DNA from: Chromatiales bacterium
Lineage (GTDB): Bacteria > Pseudomonadota > Gammaproteobacteria > Steroidobacterales > GCA-2729495
Reading direction: 5' to 3'
Assembly (NCBI GenBank): GCA_020351875.1
Contig: CP070671.1
Span: 1,995,722 to 2,059,721 of the forward strand
DNA length: 64,000 nucleotides
Positions 33,572-40,492 of the stretch are shown piece after piece (within the stretch, counting starts at the first letter, position 1; each line of letters opens with the position of its first letter). The notes beneath the pieces are model-generated. The model was given only the letters and a program-made list of their open reading frames with translations, did not search any database and was not told the DNA's origin. A program made the translations under genes and the position numbers.

Positions 33572-34666
33572 TCAGAAATAGATGTTGAGCTGCAGAAAAT
33601 ACAGGTCCGAATTCTGTTGATCGTTCTGGGAAATGCCGTCCCGGAAACGCGCCCCGGCGCGAAGCTGGGTGTAGGAGAACGGGAAGTATTCGTACACAAC
33701 GCTGACCCGGGTCTGCTCGTCGTCTGACACATCATCATCCGGGTCGAAGCCGCCGTAGGTCAGCTTCAGGTTGTGGCCCTTGGTAATCAGCCAGTTGCCT
33801 TCGGCGAAACCCACCCACTGCTTACGACCGCTCGGTCCGAGGCTGTCATCGTCAATGTAGTCCACTTCCCCGAGCCAGCTGATCGGGCCGGTGCGCAAGC
33901 CGGCGAACCCGCCGGTTACAAAACGGTCGCCCGCGTCGGCGTCGTTGTAATTCACGCTGACGCCAAGCTGCCAGATGTTCTGTACGTAACTGGCCAGCAA
34001 GCTGTACTGCTTGCCGTCATCGGTTTCAGCGCCCCCGGCGCCGCCGTTGGAAATCGCCAACTGGACTGACGCGGGACCCAGTTCGACACCGGCTTCCACA
34101 CCGTCGTCCGGAGAGTTCATGTTGATGCCGACCACCGAACGAATGAACTCCGTGTCGTCCTCGAGGCGGAGGCCGAAGGGCAGGTAGATCTGTCCGGCTT
34201 TCACATAGGCCTTGCGGTCCCAGAAATAGAGCAATGCGAAGGCTTCACGATTGTCCGACGATGGCGATACCTGCTGGTCCAGGTAAAACGTGAGGCGATC
34301 CTTGAGCAGCGGGACCGCGACATACAGGCGACCTTCCTGCACATCGAACTCGGTGTCATTGCCCTGGTTCGGCACTCGCGTATGGGTGAAGTCACCCCGA
34401 AAGTTGGCGCCGATGGTCAGGTACTCCATGACCTCGCCGTCCCAGAAGCCGTCTTCAGGGACGCGAACCGGCATGGTGACCTGGCCAAAGGCATCGCCAT
34501 AGGCGGTGCGCATGCCACCGCCCGTCTGATTCACGTGGCACGCGGAGCACTTGTTGCCGGTCATGACCGCAAAATAGGGTTCCGCCCCGGCGGGTGCCGA
34601 AAAAGCAGCCACCAGGAACAGCGCAGCTGACAGCAGGCAAAGGCGGGGGCAGGCGACGGCAGTCAT
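33572..34666 (-). CDS. outer-membrane beta-barrel with an N-terminal CXXCH haem motif (fused cytochrome-porin, Cyc2-like architecture)
   Basis: Start trimmed to the ATG at 34666, with GGAGGAG 10 nt upstream. Signal peptide, then CSACH at 34535..34549 (residues 40-44). About 320 aa of alternating beta-strand sequence ends in ..LQLNIYF, a C-terminal aromatic OMP signature. Confidence 0.65.
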   Translation of the reverse strand: MTAVACPRLCLLSAALFLVAAFSAPAGAEPYFAVMTGNKCSACHVNQTGGGMRTAYGDAFGQVTMPVRVPEDGFWDGEVMEYLTIGANFRGDFTHTRVPNQGNDTEFDVQEGRLYVAVPLLKDRLTFYLDQQVSPSSDNREAFALLYFWDRKAYVKAGQIYLPFGLRLEDDTEFIRSVVGINMNSPDDGVEAGVELGPASVQLAISNGGAGGAETDDGKQYSLLASYVQNIWQLGVSVNYNDADAGDRFVTGGFAGLRTGPISWLGEVDYIDDDSLGPSGRKQWVGFAEGNWLITKGHNLKLTYGGFDPDDDVSDDEQTRVSVVYEYFPFSYTQLRAGARFRDGISQNDQQNSDLYFLQLNIYF

Positions 34667-34700
34667 GCGTTTGCAACTCCTCCGGACTAATTGCTTACGG

Positions 34701-35903
34701 TCACGGTCTCGCGCCCGCATCGATCCAGGCGCGAATCGCGTCGATCGTGGACTGCGGCAACGGCCCGCCGCCGAGGGGCATCGGGAAGCCGATGACCTGG
34801 TTACCCTCGAGTTTGCGAATGATGTAGCTGTCGTCGGCGTTGAAGGGCTCAACGCGCAGCAACGGCGGTTCACGCTCGCTGGTGACATTAACCAGGCTGG
34901 CCAGGCTGGCCGCGGCGGAACTTAGATCCTGACCCGCCGGCAGGCTCGGCCCCTGCGGGCCTTCGTGGCAACCAGCCGTCGCACAGGTCGGTGTGAAGAC
35001 ATTGTCCTGGATCGAAGCCAGCGTTGGCAGCACTGCTGCCAACCGGAACCCGCTGGTGAAGTCGCCGCCCGCCGTGCCGTCTTCATCACCGTCCAGGAGT
35101 ACGCCGGTGCTGGACGCCAGCGCGGTAGCCCCCGTGCCGACCAGCCGGAGCTCGTAGTCGTCCGCGGCAAACGGCACGCCGGCCATGTCCAGCACGAGCA
35201 GGCGGTCGTTACCGGGCGACAGCGCTACGCTGGCCGGCGTAATCGTGACTTCGTTACCGTCGGCAAAGCTGCCGTCACCACCACTGCGCTGCAGGACCAC
35301 CGTCGCATTGCTGACCAGTGTGCCGTCCATGTCCTGTGTGAAGGTCGCCGTAATCTCGACAGGCAGCTGGTCCAGCACCGCGCCGTCTGCCGGATCGGTG
35401 GCCACCACCGTGGGTGGCCCGCCGCTGCCGGCACCGGGGAGGGCGCCGTCGGTGATCCACTGGCGGATCACGTCCGTGGTGGACTGCGGCACGAAAGGCG
35501 GCCCACTCAACGGCATACGCTGGCCGCCTGCCGCCGTGCCCTCGAGCTTCTGGATCAGGTAACTGGCGTCCGGGTCACCCGGTGCAACGCGCAGCAAAGC
35601 CGGCACCTGGTTACTCGCGATAGTCACGAGCAGTGCGTAGCTGGCGTATTCGCTGAGGTCCAGGCCTTCCGGCGCCGCGGCGCCCACATGGCACCCGGCG
35701 ACCGCGCAGGTGGGCGTAAACACATTCGCCTGGATCGAGTCGAAATTGGGGCCCAGGGGCACGTTGCCGCCACCTTCGGACAACGGTCGCCCGTTCTCGT
35801 CCAGTCCGTCACCGCTGCCTGCTGTGCAAGCAGCCAGCCCCAGCCAAGCCAGCGCGGCCGCGAACAACGCGCGCCATTGTGTCCGGTCGCCAGTCCGCTT
35901 CAT
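34701..35903 (-). CDS. lipoprotein with two duplicated C-X4-CH (putative haem c) modules flanking an Ig-like domain
   Basis: Lipobox LAAC. Module 1 is SIQANVFTPTCAVAGCHVG..., module 2 is SIQDNVFTPTCATAGCHEG..., and each ends in ..WI(T/D)(D/A)GA. The middle part, PPTVVATDPADGAVL...ITATFTQDMD, is bacterial Ig-like (Big_5/SbsA type). Confidence 0.7.
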   Translation of the reverse strand: MKRTGDRTQWRALFAAALAWLGLAACTAGSGDGLDENGRPLSEGGGNVPLGPNFDSIQANVFTPTCAVAGCHVGAAAPEGLDLSEYASYALLVTIASNQVPALLRVAPGDPDASYLIQKLEGTAAGGQRMPLSGPPFVPQSTTDVIRQWITDGALPGAGSGGPPTVVATDPADGAVLDQLPVEITATFTQDMDGTLVSNATVVLQRSGGDGSFADGNEVTITPASVALSPGNDRLLVLDMAGVPFAADDYELRLVGTGATALASSTGVLLDGDEDGTAGGDFTSGFRLAAVLPTLASIQDNVFTPTCATAGCHEGPQGPSLPAGQDLSSAAASLASLVNVTSEREPPLLRVEPFNADDSYIIRKLEGNQVIGFPMPLGGGPLPQSTIDAIRAWIDAGARP

Positions 35904-35987
35904 CCACGTCCCCCGAGTGGAAGCATTGCCCCGTTAGTCAGCGCCGGCGTCGCTTTGGTTCCCGCCGTCCGCCGGGCTCATTCTGGG

Positions 35988-36689
35988 CTATCTGCGGCAA
36001 GAATTCCTGTGTCGCCGCCGCGTCAGCCCGAAAGTGATCGTTAGCGCACACAAAGTTATTCCACTCAACGTGCTGCTGCCGCCGCGTCCCCCGCCGAGGC
36101 TCGACACCGGAACGATGGTCAGGTTACCGGGATCAAAACCGAGATCGGTGATGTATTCCTCACCAAAGTCCACCTCAACCAGCGGGTTCAGGCTCGGGAC
36201 GTTGTTCGAGTTCTGGATCCGGCCCGTGCCGTTGGCGTCGAGTTCCAGCAGCGCCGGGTTAAAGCGGCCGGTGTCGACTTCCCGCCCGTTGAACGTGTAG
36301 ACGATGCCCCCGCCCGCAAGCTCTGCGACCTGCAGCCCGTCGGTCAGTACCGCGTTGGGACTGACCGTGAAACTCAACGAGCTGCCCTGGGCGTAAAACT
36401 CGGTACCCGTCATCGAGCGCTGCAGGGCGAAGGAGGGAAAGCCCGACGGCGTGCCGGGTTCCAGCGTGCCCGAGACGTCGTAGTCGACCGTGGTGATGGC
36501 CGGGTTGTCGTAGGCCATGCCGGCGACGAGCTCCTCGCCCACGAGGATTCGGAACGAGAACGTGGTGACGTCGCTGAACACAGGCATGGCCTGGAAGCTC
36601 GGGCTCGCGAAACGGATCTGGAATGACTGGGCCACAACGGGCGACGACAAGGCTGCCAGGACCAGGACAATCAACAGGCGTACGTTCAT
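35988..36689 (-). CDS. secreted protein with a Gly-rich/TM/Arg-rich C-terminal sorting tag (GlyGly-CTERM-like)
   Basis: Signal peptide MNVRLLIVLVLAALSSPVVAQ. C-terminus SSLGGGRGGSSTLSGITLCALTITFGLTRRRHR. I recognise no domain in the body. Confidence 0.6.
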   Translation of the reverse strand: MNVRLLIVLVLAALSSPVVAQSFQIRFASPSFQAMPVFSDVTTFSFRILVGEELVAGMAYDNPAITTVDYDVSGTLEPGTPSGFPSFALQRSMTGTEFYAQGSSLSFTVSPNAVLTDGLQVAELAGGGIVYTFNGREVDTGRFNPALLELDANGTGRIQNSNNVPSLNPLVEVDFGEEYITDLGFDPGNLTIVPVSSLGGGRGGSSTLSGITLCALTITFGLTRRRHRNSCRR

Positions 36690-36760
36690 CGGTAAGAACT
36701 CCGGGAGTTCGGTGCGCGCCGGGCATGCGTTGGCAGCCTAACATCCCGATGCGGTTAGCC

Positions 36761-36790
36761 AAATGAAAAGAGCCGCCTGGTGGCGGCTCT
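36761..36790 (-). terminator. rho-independent terminator after the VWA gene
   Basis: Minus strand AGAGCCGCC-ACCA-GGCGGCUCU followed by UUUCAUUU. Confidence 0.7.
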
Positions 36791-36815
36791 GATCAAACGG
36801 TCGGCAGGCTCGGTG

Positions 36816-37775
36816 TCAGGTCGTACGGCGACGCCAGAAGGCGAGACCACCCAGCGCCGACAGGAACAACGGCAGCGCGCCCGGGATCGGGATTATTGCC
36901 AAGCCGAGTTCCACCTCGAGCTTATCTTCCAGCGTGGTTTCGAATTCAGCAAAATTCTCCGCCGTGACGAAGAAGCCGTCCGGGTCACCGGCTACCAGCG
37001 TGGCCAGGAAATCGGGATCCACGTCGCCGACGCCAATGGCATTGACCGTGACGCCGGCCGCTCGCGCGGCATCCGCTTCATCGTAAGCGAGCTGGCGATC
37101 GAGTATATTCTCCGGCGATGTCGGATCGACGTCCAGGCCATCCGAGTTGGGTTCCGTCGGCTCGCCATCCGTGGATATATCGATCACGAGCGCGTCGCCA
37201 TCGATGCCGTTGTTCAAAATCCCTGCGACCTCGCCTTCTTCGACATTGCAGAAGTCAAGTATTGGATTGATCTGCGGAAACATTTCCGAGCCCGGGCAGC
37301 CCGCCGTTCCACCGCTGGTGGCAATGTTTATCGCTTCGGATGTGTTGGTTTTTCCGCCCGGCTGCGGCAGCGTCCCGAACAAGACTCCGAAGTCCGCCGC
37401 TTCCTGGTCATTATTGAGTACGGTCCAGTCGAGGAAACTCGTCACGACGATGTCGAAAGTGACCGTTTCGAGAACGTTGTCGTCTTGATCCGAAATGGGA
37501 ACTGATCCTGCGACCGAGGAAAATACATAGGCCGCGACGGCGACCTGGTCGTACGGGCCTTTCGATACGATGTTCGTAAAAAAGTCGTTCTGGAAGATGT
37601 TCTGGTATGCGCCGATCTGCAGACCCCAGTCGGGACCGGACTCATTACCCCGCGGACCGGAGATACTGCTCGACCCGTCAATAATCAGGGCGAGTTCCAG
37701 CAGCGCAGCGTGCGACGCTGATGCGGAGAACATCAGGAGGGTGGCAACGACGGCCGGGATTACACGTTGACGCAT
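36816..37775 (-). CDS. secreted von Willebrand factor A-like protein with a VPLPA/PEP-CTERM-type sorting tag
   Basis: GGAGG RBS and a signal peptide. VWA-like blocks LALIIDGSSSI, GGKTNTSEAI, VIDISTDGEPT and GVTVNAIGVG. C-terminus IPIPGALPLFLSALGGLAFWRRRTT. Confidence 0.7.
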   Translation of the reverse strand: MRQRVIPAVVATLLMFSASASHAALLELALIIDGSSSISGPRGNESGPDWGLQIGAYQNIFQNDFFTNIVSKGPYDQVAVAAYVFSSVAGSVPISDQDDNVLETVTFDIVVTSFLDWTVLNNDQEAADFGVLFGTLPQPGGKTNTSEAINIATSGGTAGCPGSEMFPQINPILDFCNVEEGEVAGILNNGIDGDALVIDISTDGEPTEPNSDGLDVDPTSPENILDRQLAYDEADAARAAGVTVNAIGVGDVDPDFLATLVAGDPDGFFVTAENFAEFETTLEDKLEVELGLAIIPIPGALPLFLSALGGLAFWRRRTT

Positions 37776-37953
37776 GACTCGAACCTCCAGGTTCGTTTCT
37801 TATTCATTGCGTCAACGGTGCTTGAGCATTGAAAAGCAACAATTCTGGTGGCAGGGCGCAAGCGGGGCCGCCAATGTGGCCATTCCGGGGCCGGGCGTGG
37901 ATTATGTTCACTGTTCGACGCCGACAGGGCAGGGCAGGACGAAAGGCAGGCAG

Positions 37954-38427
37954 ATGGCTGATTCGGATCCGGACATACCGGCGGCAGGCACAAACAGCGC
38001 AATGGCCAAGTGGCTCAAGGCGCTGGTGCTGGCCTACTGGCTGGTCGGCACCCTGGACGTCGCCGCATCGCTGTTTCTGACGGATGCGCTGCCGGCCGGA
38101 TTGCGCGCATGGCTGGAGTCCCGATCCCAGGCGCCGGACCTGGAGGAGTGGGTGAAACGCGGCTGGATGATCGCGCTCCTCGCGGCCCTGATCGGCGGCA
38201 GCCTCGGTATCCTGCGGCAGGAGAACTGGGGTCGGTGGGTCTTCGCCGGGGCGAATGCGGCGATGTTCGCGTCTTACCCGCTGCTCGACGCGATGATTTA
38301 CACGTGGTTCGGCGGGCTGTTCGCCGACCTGTCCATGGTGCTGACCGGGGCCATTCTGCTGGCCTGTTTCGCGCCGGGGTCAGGCAAGCTCTTCAACCGC
38401 AGCCCAGGCGGACACCCCGGGTACTGA
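37954..38427 (+). CDS. multi-pass membrane protein, function unknown
   Basis: ORF 37774..38427 trimmed to the ATG at 37954. Three or four hydrophobic helices. An alternative ATG lies at 38002. Confidence 0.5.
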   Translation: MADSDPDIPAAGTNSAMAKWLKALVLAYWLVGTLDVAASLFLTDALPAGLRAWLESRSQAPDLEEWVKRGWMIALLAALIGGSLGILRQENWGRWVFAGANAAMFASYPLLDAMIYTWFGGLFADLSMVLTGAILLACFAPGSGKLFNRSPGGHPGY

Positions 38428-38479
38428 CGGGGCAGGCTGAAGGTCGATCACGAGACCAACCCCCCCGCCGCTCATCGCC

Positions 38480-38485
38480 TACAAT
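38480..38485 (+). promoter_or_regulatory. possible -10 box (TACAAT) for tRNA-Leu
   Basis: TACAAT lies 8 nt upstream of the tRNA 5' end. No convincing -35 element. Confidence 0.3.
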
Positions 38486-38493
38486 GCTCGCGG

Positions 38494-38807
38494 GCCCGGG
38501 TGGCGAAACTGGTAGACGCAAGGGACTTGATGCTTGAGCACCCGGTCGGAAAGCGGCCGGTGTGAATGGAGTCAAATTCGGGGAAACCTCAGCGCGTAAC
38601 GGCGGTGGCAATCCCGAGCTAAGCCACGGCATAGCCGTGGAAAGTGTAGAGACTTGACGGCTCCCGCCTAAGTGCCGGACAGCAACGGCATAGGGTGAAG
38701 AGAAAGTCCAGACCCCGAATGCCTGCGGGCAGCGGCGAAAGTCGTAGCGGGTACGAAAATCCCTCGGGGGCAACCCCGTGCCGGTTCGAATCCGGCCCCG
38801 GGCACCA
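38494..38807 (+). tRNA. leuZ: tRNA-Leu (anticodon UAA) interrupted by a group I intron; exons 38494..38528 and 38756..38807
   Basis: The joined exons give an 87-nt class II tRNA. Acceptor GCCCGGG/CCCGGGC, D-arm GCG..AAACTGGTAGA..CGC, anticodon stem AGGGA/TCCCT with loop CUUAAAA, long variable arm CGGGGGCAACCCCGTG, TTCGAAT T-loop, CCA. Confidence 0.9.
38529..38755 (+). ncRNA. group I self-splicing intron (cyanobacterial tRNA-Leu, IC3-like), 227 nt, no ORF
   Basis: Inserted between U34 and A35. P1 is CUU|GA-UGC-UUGAG with a U-G pair at the 5' splice site, and the intron ends in G. The blocks GGGGAAACCU, GGCAAUCCCGAGCUAAGCC, GUAGAGACUUGACGG, AGGGUGAAGAGAAAGUCCA and GCGAAAG parallel the Anabaena pre-tRNA-Leu intron as I remember it. 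Confidence 0.85.
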
Positions 38808-38861
38808 ATCGGCCGCGTCGCGCATCGCGCGTTCCGCGGGCGTTGTGAAAATGGATGCAAC

Positions 38862-39404
38862 ATGACTAGCTTGGGTACACGCCTGGCCCGCGCCGCCACG
38901 CGGTGGCGGCTGGTGGATTCAAAGTTCCTCCACAACAAGCTTCAGTACGTGCTGCAGACACTCCTGGCTGTGATCACCATCATGGTCGTATTACTGGCGC
39001 TCGACCTGGTGCAGCAGACTGTGCTGATCGCGTCGCTTGGCGCGAGCACCTTTATCGTCTTCGCCATGCCGCGCAGTTATCCATCGCGCCCCCGGTACAT
39101 GATCGGGGGTTATTGCGTGGGCACCGTCGTCGGGTGCCTGCTGTCGTTCCTGACCTCAGCCCTGGCCGCTCAGACAGGGTTGGAACTACGCACCTCGCAG
39201 ATCATTTGCGGTGCACTGGCCACCGGGCTCGCGTTTTTCCTGATGGTGTTGACGGACACCGAACATCCGCCGGCCGCGGCCCTGGCGCTCGGCTACGTTC
39301 TGAACGAATGGCAGTTCGACACGGTGGTTGTAGTGCTCGGCGGCGTCACCGCGCTGGCGGTAGTCAAGCAACTGTTCCGGGAGCGGTTGATGGACCTAGT
39401 CTGA
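38862..39404 (+). CDS. HPP-family membrane protein
   Basis: Start trimmed to the ATG at 38862, downstream of the tRNA. Four TM helices and the eponymous motif in TDTEHPPAAALALG. Confidence 0.75.
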   Translation: MTSLGTRLARAATRWRLVDSKFLHNKLQYVLQTLLAVITIMVVLLALDLVQQTVLIASLGASTFIVFAMPRSYPSRPRYMIGGYCVGTVVGCLLSFLTSALAAQTGLELRTSQIICGALATGLAFFLMVLTDTEHPPAAALALGYVLNEWQFDTVVVVLGGVTALAVVKQLFRERLMDLV

Positions 39405-39443
39405 TCCGGCCGTTAAACCCGGCGGGGTTGATGAACCGGCGAA

Positions 39444-40361
39444 TCAGGAGGCAATTGCCTGCGGACCGAGCACGCCGGTGTCGGCGTGATCATCCTCTTC
39501 GTCTGCGCGCGTGGGCAGGCGGGCACCCAGCGGTTCGCAGTAACGCAACCGGTAGTGGCCGATCTGCAGCACGTCGCCGTCCTTCAACGCGTAGCGTTGC
39601 ACGCCGTTGCCATTCACGAAGGTGCCGTTGGTACTGCGCAGGTCCACCGCATAAATTCCATCGGCGCGGCCGACCAGCAGGGCGTGATGGCGACTGATGA
39701 AAAGACTGTCCAGCACCAGGTCATTCTGGGAATGGCGACCGATCATCACGCGCGGCTGATCGATCACCAGGCGATCCATGATCTTTCCCTGCAGCGTAAT
39801 TTCGAGCGCCGGTCGCAGCACGCTATCGTCCGCGTCGACCTCCGGCGCCGCATCGGGCTCGTCGAGGGAGTAACGCGACCGCGTGAGTTCCTGCAGCTCG
39901 CTGAGACCGGCAGAATCGAGGATCCGATGCAGATTGGGGGAGCCCGTCAGCACGAAACACAACGAGGCCGGTTCCTGGGGAGACTGCAGGACGAGGGCAC
40001 GGACCGTGTCCAGTACGTAGGGCCCGAAGTCCTGGGCGTCTTCCAGCACGATGACCGTCCGCCGCCCCTGTGCGGCCTCGTGGCAGGCAAACACGCCAAG
40101 GAGTTTTTGCAGCTCTTCGGTCGAGGATTGAAAGGGCTCGAAGCCCAGTTGTTCGAGCACCCGCTCCAGGAAGGCATGGCTGTCGCGGGTCGGGGCCGTC
40201 AAGTGGGCCGCGTGACTGACCTCCTGGTCCTGCAGGAACCGCCGCAGGAGCAGTTGCTTGCCGCTGTCCGGACCGCCGATGACCACGGCGACGGGCAGTC
40301 CGCGGTCCAGTGACTGTTGCAGGTAGTCTTGTGCGCCTAGAATCCGGGGAGGCTGGGGCAT
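39444..40361 (-). CDS. P-loop ATPase (ExeA/AAA_22-like) fused to a C-terminal FHA domain
   Basis: Walker A-like VIGGPDSGKQ and Walker B VIVLEDAQ. The FHA pattern is RVMIGRHSQNDLVLDSLFISRHHALLV...DLRSTNGTFVNG...LKDGDVLQIG. Confidence 0.7.
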   Translation of the reverse strand: MPQPPRILGAQDYLQQSLDRGLPVAVVIGGPDSGKQLLLRRFLQDQEVSHAAHLTAPTRDSHAFLERVLEQLGFEPFQSSTEELQKLLGVFACHEAAQGRRTVIVLEDAQDFGPYVLDTVRALVLQSPQEPASLCFVLTGSPNLHRILDSAGLSELQELTRSRYSLDEPDAAPEVDADDSVLRPALEITLQGKIMDRLVIDQPRVMIGRHSQNDLVLDSLFISRHHALLVGRADGIYAVDLRSTNGTFVNGNGVQRYALKDGDVLQIGHYRLRYCEPLGARLPTRADEEDDHADTGVLGPQAIAS

Positions 40362-40492
40362 TGTCCAACAATCGCTTGTAATGCTTTATTGAGGAGGATT
40401 GTTATGGGTTCGGAGTCTAGATCGACTGTCAGTTTATGTAAACTACTGAGTTAGAAATAGCTTGACTAATTATTCTTTATTTACTGTTTTTT
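40362..40492. promoter_or_regulatory. AT-rich divergent intergenic region (AAA-FHA gene <-> ccmA)
   Basis: 131 bp that is strikingly AT-rich against the GC-rich background. Contains TTGACT, several A/T hexamers and a GAGGAGG-N6-ATG 16-codon mini-ORF (40404..40454). Confidence 0.5.

Noticed and set aside
30807-38493. Integrative island bounded by att-type direct repeats
   Set aside because: No integrase or recombinase gene is present, and I could not find a repeat of the tRNA-Cys or tRNA-Leu 3' end by eye. The observation is kept only as a synteny finding, not as a mobile-element feature.
38393-38938. 181-aa and 68-aa minus-strand ORFs over the tRNA-Leu/intron region
   Set aside because: The region folds as a tRNA plus a group I intron. 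Protein coding here is an artefact of structured, stop-poor RNA sequence.
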